Assembly: GCA_025786725.1 (NCBI GenBank)
Contig: JAHLTZ010000011.1
Coordinates: 684,693-748,692 of the forward strand
Direction of reading: 5' to 3'
Origin: Syncephalis fuscata S228
Lineage: Eukaryota; Fungi; Zoopagomycota
DNA length: 64,000 nucleotides
Under the pieces are notes generated by a model. The model saw only the letters and a list, made by a program, of their open reading frames with translations. It was not told where the DNA came from and did no database searches. Below are positions 12,274 through 26,792 of the stretch, in pieces; the stretch's first letter is position 1, and each line of letters opens with the position of its first letter. Position numbers and translations under genes: made by a program.

Positions 12274-15200
12274 ATGACCTCTGAGCAGACCAATAACAGT
12301 ATGGGATCGCCACTTTCGCCACAGCAGCGTGCGCGCATAGAAGAAAATCGACGTCGAGCAGAAGAACGCCTTCGTCAAAAAGCTGCTATTGCCGCCATTG
12401 CCAATACTGCTAATAGCAATGGTAATAGTCGTGGCTCAACTGGCAGCCAACGTCGTGCCCCTTCTACGCCTAATAAAGGTGGCACACCCGCCAAACAAAC
12501 GACTCTTTTTTCTTTTTTTAAAACACCACCACCAGCAAACAATACGAGAAATAACGCAGAAAATAGTGATATTACGCCAACTGCTTCAAATGTTGTAGAT
12601 ACACTTGATAGTCCGGATATACAACAGCGTAATCTATTGGCTGGTGATTCATTCTCTCCATTATCACGGTTTAATAACAATTCTACAACAAAATCGCCGT
12701 TTTCGTCACAATCACTACCACCACCACCACGACCTGCTCTATTTAAAAATCAACAACAACAACAGAAATCTAGTGACAATGATGATAGTGCTGCTATCAG
12801 CTTGGTTTTACCTGTTGAGCGCGATGTTATTCCATCATCGCTAACCAGATTTCATAGCATGGACGATGATACAATTGATGCAACACCAGCGAAACAACAA
12901 AAGTTGGAAACAGAACCTATAAGCAATGTAAGTTTTAACAACAACTATTGTGCATTTTATATTTATTTATAATACTATATTATAGCTACGTAAAAAGAAA
13001 CGAGTTCGTTACATCGCTTCTGACGATGATGACGATGATGAAGATAGTCGTAATACATCGACTCTAAAACGATCCACTAGTAAGTTTTAATATTTATAGA
13101 ATAATAGCTTATTATCGATTTAGAATCAAAATTGAATGATGATGACGATGATGATGACGATGATGAATATAAAGATGAACCAATTAATGAAAATATAGTA
13201 GATGGTAATATTAATAATAACATATATTGTAATATATATTGATTACGTAATAATAGATATGGAACTAGATGATGAAATTGAAAATCTATCTCCACCACCA
13301 AAATCATCTAGTTCAAGTAGATCGAGTAAAACGATAACTGTTAAAGCAACCAAATGTAACTATTCAATAACATTAGTAATATGACAAGTATTAGTGTTAA
13401 TATTAATATTAATAACTAGCTAAATCAAGTACACCAACATCATCTTTATCGGATCGTCTAAAGGTAAATTATTATTAAATATATATAGATTCCTTATATT
13501 AATGGTGTTTTAGATGTTTTCTTCTTCATCGGATACTAAACGAGGTGATGACTTTGGCTCCTCACCTAGTTCATCATTGGGTAATTCACAACCTATACAA
13601 GTATGTATATCTATATAATAATAGTAATAATAATAATAGTAATAATAACATCCATTTTAATTATTATCTATAGGATAAAGAACGATCACGACATCCTGAT
13701 CGATATCCATGGCTAGTTAATGTACGAGATGCTGATGGCAATAGTCAAGGTAATATATCCAATTACCATATTAATATAATACTAACATATCAAATAGATG
13801 ACCCAGACTATAATCCACGTACATTATATATTCCAGAATCAGCAAAAAAAAAGTTTACACCATTTGAGAAACAGTTCTGGGATATTAAACAGCAATTCTA
13901 TGATACAGTTGTATTCTTTAAAAAGGGAAAATTTTATGGTAATAATCGTTGTAATCCTATTAATAACTAGTTATATTAATACAGTTATAGAATTGTATGA
14001 GAATGATGCAGATATTGGTCATTCTAAATTTGATTTAAAAATGACAGATCGCGTTAATATGCGAATGGTCGGTGTGCCAGAATCATCATTTGATTTCTGG
14101 GTGGGTAAATTTATTGCTAAAGGGTAAATAGATTGTGTTATCTGTAGAATAGTAGTAACAACGCCAATACTGTCTATTCTATATATTAGATATAAAGTGG
14201 CCAAGGTAGATCAAATGGAAACCGCTTTGGGTAAAGCATTAAGAGAAAAGGCAAATAAAGTAGTCAAGGTAGAGTGTATACTATATAATAGAATGTAGTA
14301 TTCAATATGTACTATTTGTTATTAGGAGGACAAGATTATTAAACGAGAATTGACGAGTGTACTTACGGGTGGTACACTAGTTGATGCCGGCCTACTTACT
14401 AATGAAATGGCCACATTCTGTCTATCTATTAAAGTAACGATGGTATACCATTAGCAATATAGATACTTATTATGCTATAGGAACAAGTAAGAGAACAAAG
14501 CCAAAATGGACCATGTATCGGTGTAGCGTTTGTCGATACATCCTGCGCCGAATTTAGTCTATGTTATTTTGAAGATGAACTAGACCGCAATCGTCTTGAA
14601 ACTTTATTGGCACAAATCCAACCAAAAGAGATTATTTATGAAAAAGGTCATTTATCAAAAGAGACAATGCGTTTATTAAAGAATACCCTTCATGGCACTA
14701 TATGGTAAGTGTTATTAATAGCTGATTATAGTAATCTAATACATATAAATGTATACATATACATACATACATATATACATATATGTAATTGAATAGGAAT
14801 GCTTTAGTATCTGGACGAGAATATTGGGATGCTGATCAAACTGTATTTGAAATTAATGGAGGTGATTATTTCAAAGGCAGTATTGATACAGAATGGCCAC
14901 TTGCTTTGAAACAAGCACGACACCAACCATTATTAATGTCAGCTTTTGGTGGTAAGTTATTTATTTAGATTAATTATATCATTAATTATAGTAAATATAA
15001 TTAATATATATGTATATGTATATGTATGTATATACTAGGATTATTGTGGTATCTTAGAATGGCAAGTATTTATTGATTAGTATCTAGTTAGTACTTATTA
15101 ATACACACACACACATATATATATATATATTAGATTCGATTGGACAAAGAATTGGTCTCACTAAAGAACTTTCATACTTATGATCCTATTCGACAAAGTA

Positions 15201-16367
15201 CTAGTTTAATGATTGATGGTCAAACATTAAAGAATTTAGAGATATTTGAGAACACATTTGATGGTGGTCAAAATGGCACTCTATTCCAACTACTTAATAA
15301 GTGTATTACACCATTTGGTAAACGTATGTTCAAACGGTGGATGTGTCATCCATTGCAGTCAGTAAAGGCTATTGAGGCACGTCTTGATACAATTGATGAA
15401 TTAAATAGAGATGGATCTTGTCAGGTAAGTATAATTATTCTATTTATTATAGATAACTAATTGTAAGCATATACATATACATATATACATATACATATAC
15501 ATATACATACATATATATATAAAAGAAACAATTCAGTCAACGATGACGCGTCTACCAGATCTTGAACGTATGGTTAGTCGAGTACATGCTGGTACTTGTA
15601 GATTAAAGGAATTATTCTCTTTACTTGATGCATTTGGTCGATTGGAGGTAAGAGGATTGTATTGATGAATAGACTATTGCACTAATTACTATTGACTACT
15701 ATTAGCATCTTATGTTAAAGTTGAAGGGAATAGCGGCAGAATCATTGTCGCCAATGCCGCGTCTTAAAGAGCTTTGTAACCGATTTCCTTCACTGGAACC
15801 ACCACTTACTTATTTCAAAACAGCCTTTGATCGAGAAATTGCCGAAAGAGAGGGTAATTATTAACACATTCAATAGCTATTAGGAAGAAATTTAATAGTT
15901 GACTATATGATATACGATACTAGGCAGTGTTATTCCATATGAAGGCGTTGAGAAAGACTATGACGAAATAGGAAATAAGATGAAGTTGATTCAGCAAGAA
16001 CTACAAGATTACTTGATACAACAACGAACCGAGTTCAAGTAAATAGTATATAATATTTGTGGTTGTTATTTATACTTATACTTAAATAGATCTAAGGATA
16101 TTGTTTACAAAGATATTGGCAAGGAACGATATCAATTAGAAGTACCCAAGAAAATTACTGTACCTTCAAACTATATGCGACTATCACAAACTAAGGTAAT
16201 CATATTGAATAGCATTGAAATAACTAGCTAATATTTAGTAAATAGGCAGTGAATCGATATTGGAGTCCTAAATTAAAAAAGCTTGTAACTGAATATGAAG
16301 AAACCATGGAACTACGTAGCAATATCCTTTGAATGTCCTATTATACATCATAGTTGTTATGATTAAT

Positions 16368-16406
<39 letters not shown>

Positions 16407-18139
16407 TTATATATGTTAACTCGATATTACGTGTATTAAAAGATATTCAGAAACGAGTTTATAACAAATTCGATGAATATTACGAGTTATGGATGCAAGC
16501 TGTAAGAATAGCCGCAGAACTTGATAGTCTACTGGGCATGGCATTAGGAGCAACAACCCTAGGTGAACCATGTTGTCGACCAGAATTTGTTAATAGTTCA
16601 ACGGCAGTATTCAAAGTAGAAGAATTACGCCATCCTTGTGTTATACCAGGGTAGGTTATAGTAGTTATTACTGTTAATACTAGTACTTACTAGTCATCAT
16701 CTAGAATTGCTACCGATTTTATACCTAATGATACGGAACTCGGTGGTGGTAATGAACCCAATATGATATTATTAACTGGTCCGGTAAGTAATAAGAAATA
16801 CTACAAGAACTGCTAACTAACGAATAAATCATTACTAGAATATGGGTGGTAAATCTACACTATTACGTCAAGTAAGTAGTCATTAGTAGATGAAAAGTTA
16901 AATGTTACAACTATAGTATATTTATTTATGTTATTCATGCTGTTATTATGAATAGACATGCATTGCTATTATTATGGCTCAAATGGGCTGTTATGTACCA
17001 GCACGACAATGTCGTCTAACTCCTGTAGATCGTATATTTACGCGTATTGGTAATAATTCATACATACATACATATATATGTGTATTTTATGTTTATTAAT
17101 TCATATCTATTTATTAAACTAGGTGCCAATGATAATATTATGGCTGGTCAATCAACATTTATGGTTGAATTAAGTGAAACGGCCAAGATTCTAAATGAGG
17201 CTACACCACATCATTAGTTATTCTTGATGAATTGGGCAGAGGCACAAGTACATTTGATGGGTAAGTTATCTGGATATCTGTAATTAATATAATAGCTAAT
17301 AGGATTATAAATTAGTTATGCTATTGCCTATTCTGTATTACACTATCTTGCTACAATGGTTGGTTGTTTGGGTCTATTTTCAACTCATTATGGTCTACTT
17401 ACTGAAGAGATGGCCCATCATGCAAATATTGCACTTAAACATATGGCGTGTTACGTTGACGATGACCGGTAATACTTGGTCTTAACTATATGGCTAATTT
17501 ATTTATAATAATAATAGTATACTAACCAACTGTTGGTTTATAGTAAAAAAGTAACCTTTTTATACAAATTGACGAATGGAGCGTGTCCTAAGGTAATTGC
17601 CCTTGTAATAGTATAATGTATTAATATCTACTAATACAATGATCTATTATAGAGTTATGGTATGCATGTAGCCAATATGGCTGGTGTTCCTACCACAGTA
17701 AGTATAACAAATATATATATATACACATACATACATACATACATACATATACATATACAAATATTTAATCTTTTTTAATTAATAGATTGTCCATCGAGCT
17801 GAAGAAGTGGCCAAGACATTCGAACAACAATCTCGTGGTCATCAATTAGTAATGCAGAAAGGACAAGTAGTTACGGTGGCTGATCATGCCGATATAGCCT
17901 ATTTAACCCGTCTACTTAATCGGTGTTCTATAAACAAGTGTAACGACACTAATCATCCACACGATGATCCAGATCGTATGTTAACAAGTTCTCCTGGTCG
18001 TGGAGGTATGGATGATACTGACGATATTACTATGATGGATTCAGATGATCATGACACATCTAGTAAACTGAGTATGGCAGAAATAGCGGCCATTAAACGT
18101 ATTTGGCGTACATGGAAAACGAAACATACGGCTATTTAA
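12274..18139 (+). CDS. MSH6: DNA mismatch repair protein MSH6 (~28 introns)
   Basis: PIP-box QTTLFSFF; [46 protein letters not shown], Walker [37 protein letters not shown]. Confidence 0.96.
16322..16430 (+). other. U12-type (minor spliceosome) AT-AC intron in MSH6, 109 nt, phase 1
   Basis: Starts ATATCCTTTG, ends TTAAC-TCGATATTAC; removal gives in-frame [22 protein letters not shown]. Confidence 0.88.
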
Positions 18140-18388
18140 TTGATAATGATAATTGGTATTATTATTGTTATTAGCAATATAATAAAATGCTTACAAGTTA
18201 AAATTAAACTATTGTAACAATAACAACATTAGCTGAGTTAGTATTTATTAATATTGGTTTTATATAGATTTATATTTATTATAAAATAATGATAGAATAT
18301 TTTATAGTTACGTAAACATAAGAATAAAGCATAAACGCATTAAAAATAGGATTGTAAATCATATTTGCTGTAATATGATTCAACTTTG

Positions 18389-19825
18389 TCAATGTTGATA
18401 GCATGTAATGCTTAATTCATTAACATTACTACAGCATAATATCTGTAAGCTATATTTGTTACGAATAATGTAGTTATTGTTGCTATTGCTATTGCTGTTG
18501 TTGTTATTGCTATTACTACTACAGTTAAACACTACATAAATGTTCAAGTGCCCATTCGCGTAATCGCCACTGCCAATGCGACGACTAGCATGACCAGCTG
18601 TATCTACTAATGATGCTGATCCACCATGATAGGCACCATTGTTACTGTTATTGCTACCTTTAGCTAATAGAGCAAGATCTTCTAGCAAACGGAGATCTGG
18701 CGTATCATGAGTCAATTCCATAAGCCAGTGTAGACGTGTCCAACCACGATAGGCAACATAAGAAACGGGAATACCAGCTGCAGCCAATCGACCAACATCA
18801 TTGCGTACTGATTTAAATAAAACGAGTGGATCATGGGTGCCATGAAGTAGCCAAAGACGTGGTACGCGATGAGCAGGTGCAGTAAGTAGTTGCTGTAACG
18901 GCGAATAGGCAACAAGATCTTCAGGCTGTTGCACGTCAAATAGACGTAATAAAGCTCGAGCACGAAATCGATCTAAATAAATAAATATTATTAATAATAG
19001 TAGCATAGTAGCATAGTAAACCTTACCACGTCGTCTTAATGTATCATATAGTGCTGGTAAATCATAAATACCCGCCAATCCAATAACACCGGCCACCTTT
19101 GGCTGTACAGGTGAAGTACCAGCTTCTAGTGCGGCAAGTAACGCTAGTTGTGCGCCGGTTCCATGGCCAACAAGAAGAATACGTCGACGATCTGCGTGAT
19201 AGGTACGTGCATTGACGGTTAGCCAACGCAGTAAGCGTAGAATGTCTTGTTGCATATCGGTCGGTCGTACTCGTGGATGTACCTGATACGCGGGTACTAC
19301 AACAACAATACCGCGACGAGATAAACGAGCAGCCAGTCCATAATACAGCTCTTTTTTACATGCTGTCCATCCGCCATCTTGAATAAACACAAGTACAGGA
19401 TAGCTAGTTGTATCGTTGTTTGACGTTGTTCCTGTTCCTGTTGTTGTTGTTGAATTGTTATCGTTATTCAAACTATTGAGATTAGCACTACTACTATTTG
19501 GTGTAATGGTAGGTGTTGTAGGAGGAATATAGATATCTACAAGACGAGATATGTCACCTGGTGCACCATACGGAAGATTGTGTATCACATGTTTATCGTT
19601 CCATAATTGTCGTTTAGTACGCAGATAAACGGGCAGCGCAAAGAGAAGAGCGGCAATTATTGCCTATTGCCGTGTAAATACGGTGGTTATTCTTGTTAGT
19701 TTAGGAGGGATGAAAGGCGAGTACTGCCTTAAGGTACCTGCCTGTAGTAAAGCTAGAGTGAAGCGAAAAGGAAAGGTTATAAGGTGAACCAAGTAGTCAA
19801 ATGCCATAGTAATTGCGTTTTGCAT
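18389..19825 (-). CDS. Alpha/beta hydrolase of the prenylcysteine methylesterase / BD-FAE-like type, probably catalytically dead; 3' end uncertain
   Basis: LPYG...VDIYIP, PVLVFIQDGGW, LVGHGTGAQLA, LAGIYDL, LHGTHDPLV; hydrophobic N-terminus; GC-AG first intron 19664-19741. Confidence 0.78.
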
Positions 19826-20469
19826 AGTGTACTGAACTGTCGCTTATGATAGTTGATGGTTTAGAGCAAAGCAGCCTAAATACTATCTATTCTACCGAGT
19901 TGTTATGTTAAGATTAAAGTATCTCAGAAAAGTAGCAATATATGATAGTCAACAACGACAACAACAACAAATACACAACTATTCACAGCAACCACATAGG
20001 CGTCTGTATACTAATGACAGACAATAAAGCACAGTAGATGCAAGGCTAGGCTAGGCCGTTAATGATAACCTAGCAGTAAAGAAAATAAGAAGAGGAAATA
20101 AGGCGCTATTGTTGTTGTTGTCGTCGTTGTGTGTCTGTAGATCGCGGAGAAACAGGATCGTGGGTAAATTACTCGCTTTATTATAAGCGGAATACACCGG
20201 AGTCTATCCGAGTTTAGCCGTCTTATTTGCTATAACTGCTATACAGTATACACACGCAAGCATCCATAATATGAAGACTACAGTCTTTATTGAGTAGCTC
20301 CTTTACTTTCTATTCATTTACTGACCCGTTGACTTATCACGCATATACTCGACTCCCTTATACTTTACTGTCACCCTGACATTTCTATCTTGTGTTTCTT
20401 TGCATGTAGTTGACTCAATATACTTGTACTTCTTATTAGCACAACAACAACAACAGCTCGTTCATCAAT

Positions 20470-22398
<1,929 letters not shown>

Positions 22399-22582
22399 AG
22401 TTGATGATGAAACACTACATCGAATTGAACATGCCCCCAATTTATACACTAACAACAACAACAAGTTATACTAATAAAAGTACTTTGTCACTTGCCATTG
22501 ATGTCTTTCTTTTTTAATACTCTTTCTTTTCTACGCATTTCTTTTCAAATATTACTTAGTATCTAAAGCTGGTCTTATTTAT

Positions 22583-23614
22583 ATGCATTTATTATTTAAA
22601 CAAGCTATGTTCACGCAAACAACATTCACGCAAATAGTGTGGCGGCTATTATGGGCAATAAGTATAGCTACATGCCTACTTTGCAATTACGTTCAAGCAG
22701 CAAAAGTAGAAAAATCTACTACAATAAAGTCTTCTGAAAAGATTAGCGACACTGCTGCCGGTGTTACGGCATTTATCTATCTTGTAGCCGGGTCCTGTTT
22801 ATGTTTTAGAGGCAGTTGGACCATACGACCTTTATTTGCCGTGGCTGGTCTACTTAGCACAACCTATGCTAGTCTAGCATTTCTGGCCTGGTTTTCTTAT
22901 GGATTAAATATGGCCAACAATACGGCCGTACAGATACTGATTCTGCTTATTGCACTAATCAACGGCGTCATAGTAGCATTATTAACAACGCGTTACGGTG
23001 CCGTGGGTGCTCTAGTAACCGGTGGTATGTTAGGCTGTTTCATCGCTATACGACTTGCCATATTCGCCAATATAACCATCGATATCATCCATTTAGACAA
23101 GGGCCAGCTTGCATTAAATTATCCGAGTAATGGCCATAGTAGTAGTGTGGACGCGACCTATCTCGTCTTTCTTATAACAGTTGTTATGATTATTGCAGCG
23201 TGGCTCACCTATCTTCTTGAACCACTGGTAGTTATTTTAATTACTACGGTTATGGGTAGTGTTTGGTGTGCCATGGCGATTGATACACTATGCAGAACCA
23301 ATTTTATTGCTGCAGTTACGGCGGTTGTCTATGGATTACATCCGATATCTGTAGCCAACGATGCAGAGATTATTAATCTTAAGACCATAGACCAGAATGA
23401 TCCACAATTCTACCAAGATGGCTGGGAGGTGAAGCCAGTTGATTATAATGGCGGTATTGGTGGATTATGGACACTAACGGTTATATTAACCCTTACTGGT
23501 ATGTTTTTACAACATAAACAAATGTGTGCCAAGTCAGATGGTTATCAAAACATTCGATTACCTATGTTCCGTCGTTTTTTACGTCATTACGGAGTATACA
23601 AGAAGCAATATTAA
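22583..23614 (+). CDS. Multi-pass membrane protein, DUF4203/TMEM198-like (intronless)
   Basis: Signal-like N-terminus, ~7 hydrophobic segments, GSCLCFRGSWTIRPLFAVAG and Gly-rich GALVTGGMLG helices. Family call is from recall. Confidence 0.7.
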   Translation: MHLLFKQAMFTQTTFTQIVWRLLWAISIATCLLCNYVQAAKVEKSTTIKSSEKISDTAAGVTAFIYLVAGSCLCFRGSWTIRPLFAVAGLLSTTYASLAFLAWFSYGLNMANNTAVQILILLIALINGVIVALLTTRYGAVGALVTGGMLGCFIAIRLAIFANITIDIIHLDKGQLALNYPSNGHSSSVDATYLVFLITVVMIIAAWLTYLLEPLVVILITTVMGSVWCAMAIDTLCRTNFIAAVTAVVYGLHPISVANDAEIINLKTIDQNDPQFYQDGWEVKPVDYNGGIGGLWTLTVILTLTGMFLQHKQMCAKSDGYQNIRLPMFRRFLRHYGVYKKQY

Positions 23615-23630
23615 ATATTTGAGCCATTGT

Positions 23631-23841
23631 ACTTTGAGTCCTAGCTTTAAACTAGGATAAAAAAATCAATAACTTGAACAATAAACCATCGATCAGTTTT
23701 TACTACTAAAAAGTGCGATTTGTTGAAGCAATGCTACATCGACTCATATTGAATTAATCAGTGGCAATCAATCTGCATTATTTTCATATCGAAATAAATA
23801 AATAATATTTCATGCTACTTACAATAAAGTATTACATTTGA
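23631..23841 (-). ncRNA. Candidate omegaRNA scaffold / element right end for Fanzor relic 1
   Basis: Directly 3' of the stop; ends in hairpin TCCTAG-TTTAAAG-CTAGGA then CTCAAAGT. Confidence 0.4.
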
Positions 23842-24119
23842 TTATGACGTTGGTGCAACAGTGTCAGTTTGATTTCTTATAATAATAGGCAGTAAGAAAT
23901 CAGAAGGCCTTGATTCACCACTGGCCATTGTACTGAATATACTGTGCATGTTTCTGCTGGCATTAACATCACGCTGTCATACCATACGACAATTATTGTT
24001 TTGACAAACAAGTACGCTATGCATTGTGCTGTTGTGTTCTTCCAGATGTAAATTCGCCATCTTTTTTTCTTGCATTTGGAACAGACTTTTGATGTATTGT
24101 ATTCATCAAGTGACCGAAT
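23842..24119 (-). pseudogene. Fanzor/TnpB-like nuclease C-terminal relic no. 1 (RuvC-II, Zn finger, RuvC-III)
   Basis: Manual translation: IRSLDEYNTSKVCSKCKK/MANLHLEEHNSTMHSVLVCQNNNCRMV*QRDVNASRNMHSIFSTMASGESRPSDF...; one A-run frameshift and one TGG>TGA (23977-23979). Confidence 0.88.
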
Positions 24120-24617
24120 AGGTAGAGGCTATGTGCTAGTGTATATGTTAATAAATGTTGCTCCATATTATTGTTACTGTAAAGTATTCAAAGCATTATA
24201 ATTTGATATTTAATGTCACTTACCATCCAGTTCCATGTTTAGTAAAACAACAAATGTGTAGTTCAATCAAGTAAAGGATGTCAATTTGGTCTTTTGATAA
24301 TGAATCACACGAGTCTACTTATAAATTATTGAATATTAGTGAGCTATTTACTCATTTCACTTTTTTTTATTAATACTTTTAGACACAATTAAACACCCAT
24401 TTATTACTATAAAATGTATAATATTACATCCAACATTAATTAATTTATGTGTAATTATCAGTATAATATGTAATTAATAAGTTATTTTATTATTGCGTTA
24501 ATATATATATTGTCATCTATGATATTAATTGTTTAAATGCCATTTATTTAGCTAGATTGACTATAGCGAAAGTGGCTATTTAATAAACAACTTTTATAAT
24601 AATTATATTAATATGAT

Positions 24618-24824
24618 CTTACAGCACAAATATACCCAAAATGCAACAGTAGAAGATTAGAAAATAGAAAAGATCATTCAGAGGCAAGAAACCACACTGT
24701 ACGTAGTAACAATAACAACTGCGGAATGACATGGAATTGCAATCATATGACTTCTATTAATATTTGATCAATCTTCCTACACATGGCCAACAACAACAAT
24801 AATCAACCTCAAATGTTTCAATGA
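24618..24824 (+). pseudogene. Fanzor/TnpB-like nuclease C-terminal relic no. 2 (more decayed, different subfamily)
   Basis: In-frame LTAQIYPKCNSRRLENRKDHSEARNHTVRSNNNNCGMTWNCNHMTSINI*SIFLHMANNNNNQPQMFQ*, matching the LTSQIC..C...C..WNRD.MA..NIRSIFLHMA.NNN.RP..F pattern I recall for fungal Fanzor1. Confidence 0.75.
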
Positions 24825-24923
24825 AATCAAATGAAAACATTATACCTATGTTTGTTGTACATAACAGTACGACTTCAATTGGAACGAATCTTACTTGAAG
24901 ACTCCAAATGTAGGAGTCAAAGT
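24825..24923 (+). ncRNA. Candidate omegaRNA scaffold / element right end for Fanzor relic 2
   Basis: Hairpins CTTCAA/TTGAAG (24873-24900) and GACTCC/GGAGTC (24900-24918), ending TAGGAGTCAAAGT. Confidence 0.4.
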
Positions 24924-25026
24924 TTAATCAAAATATTAATTAATTATTAATTACCTTTTAAATTTTATTTTTCAATTTTTCATGCAACTAGTGTCTTGAC
25001 CTCTTTCTTGATCTAAAGTCTTTAAC

Positions 25027-25806
25027 ATGTTTACTTTACGCGCTTTGACACAGACACGCTTGGCGGGTGCACGCGTAAGAGATCGTGTATAGTCTAGTTG
25101 ATCCTGTGCTAACTTGTTTTTTACAGTCATTCTCTGCCACGGCTGCCGCAGCTAGCTGTAAGTTATAAATGGATAGATTAATTACGTACGATCGCTAATA
25201 ATAACACTGATAACAACAACAACAATAATAATATCAATAGTGTCGGTCAATCGCGCAATTCTTGTCGGTAATCTAGCGTCGGATCTCCGTGTACAAGAAT
25301 TAAACGAGAGTCGTACTATGGTGGATTTCACTTTGGCCACTAACCGTGTTCACCGTAATCGCGAAGGTATTAAGATAAATACACTTATAGTGAAATAATA
25401 ATAACAATAATAACAATTAACGCGTTTATTTAAAAGGTGAATTGGTTCGAGAGACCGACTGGCATCGTGTCCGTTCTTTTGTCACACCGGCTCGTGCCAA
25501 CTATTTTAACGAAGCTTTAAAGAAAGGGTAACAGCATTGATGTAGAATTAAATAAATTATTGGCTGACTTGCCATCAAGAAATGTTGTTATGGTAGAGGG
25601 TTCCATTCGCTACAACTCATACACGGATAAGGAAGGACAAGAAAAAATGTTACGAATATCATAGCCGGTAAGTGATGGAATAGAATAGAGCGATGATGAC
25701 GAAGCTAATTGTGAATATAGACAAGGTCCAAAACTTTGGTGAATATCGCCGCCAACCACGCGAAGAAGGCAACGAAGAAGGTTCTGATTCTCGTAGCGAC
25801 TTTTAA
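25027..25806 (+). CDS. RIM1: Mitochondrial single-stranded DNA-binding protein (6 exons; A-run frameshift at ~25645)
   Basis: Arg-rich presequence MFTLRALTQTRLAGARSFSATA; VNRAILVGNLASD, FTLATN, TDWHRV, KKG-NVVMVEGSIRYNSYTDKEG. Missing from the ORF track because the exons are short. Confidence 0.9.
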
Positions 25807-26317
25807 TATTGTTATGCACTGATATGATCATCGCTGTTCTTTTACCCCTTATATATGGAATAGAATGAGCCGCCCCTTTAAACAAAACCTTTAGCCATTT
25901 AAATGTTAAAAATGATATTTTTTGAAAAGCATGAATGATTGTGTTACACTTGTAGCGTATGTAATTAAATTAATCGAATAAGTGCGCTGAATTACATAAT
26001 AAACAGATGTGTTTAATATATAATTTGATGATATATAGTAGTATGGAATAGAATGAGGATATACGCATACTGGATAATAAATCTATAATAATACGTAGTT
26101 TGCTGTCATTCACCATCCATCATTATGTTCAGCAGATTGAATGCTAATAAAATTGGTCATTTACATCCAAATCACATTATATGTTAATAAATTGTTTATT
26201 AGCTATTTTTATTAGTATGGATTCATGTTGTATTGATTATAAAATTAAACTTTATTCGATAGCGTGGATAAAATAGCGTTTACAGAATGTTAAGAACAAA
26301 CTGACATAAAAAAGTCT

Positions 26318-26792
26318 TTAATGCGTTTTTAAAGACAAATACGAACGAGTCAACTTTGTCGCATTCGTCTTCACAAGCCCATCGAAGACATTCTTTGTTG
26401 CCGTATGACTCTTCAAGTCACCCACAGACGCAGCTCTTTTACTGGTACTAGCAATTGAATTATTGTCTAATAATTAATAAATGTTAGAAATGCTATAATT
26501 AAACACAGAATTGTTTTTATGTACTTACCAGAAATTCTATGCTTTCTGTTATGTATATCAAACAAACATTTATGGTTTTCGCCATTTTCACGGATTGATA
26601 AACCGCTTTTTCGCATCTGTGTTTTATACCTATACGTTCAATAAACATATTAAAAATAAATTGTAAATTATTAATTACTAGAAGCCAATAATGTATATAT
26701 TTTTACCATGTCCATTTAGTAATTACTTTGCCCTTTTTTTGTCCAAAATCTTCTGACAGTTTGCCTGTTGCTGCGTAAATGGTAGGTTCATT
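26318..26792 (-). CDS. Three spliceable exons of an unidentified small basic protein (5' end not resolved)
   Basis: GT-AG introns join EPTIYAATGKLSEDFGQKKGKVITKWTW-YKTQMRKSG...RIS-DNNSIASTSKR...LKTH* in frame. Confidence 0.45.
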
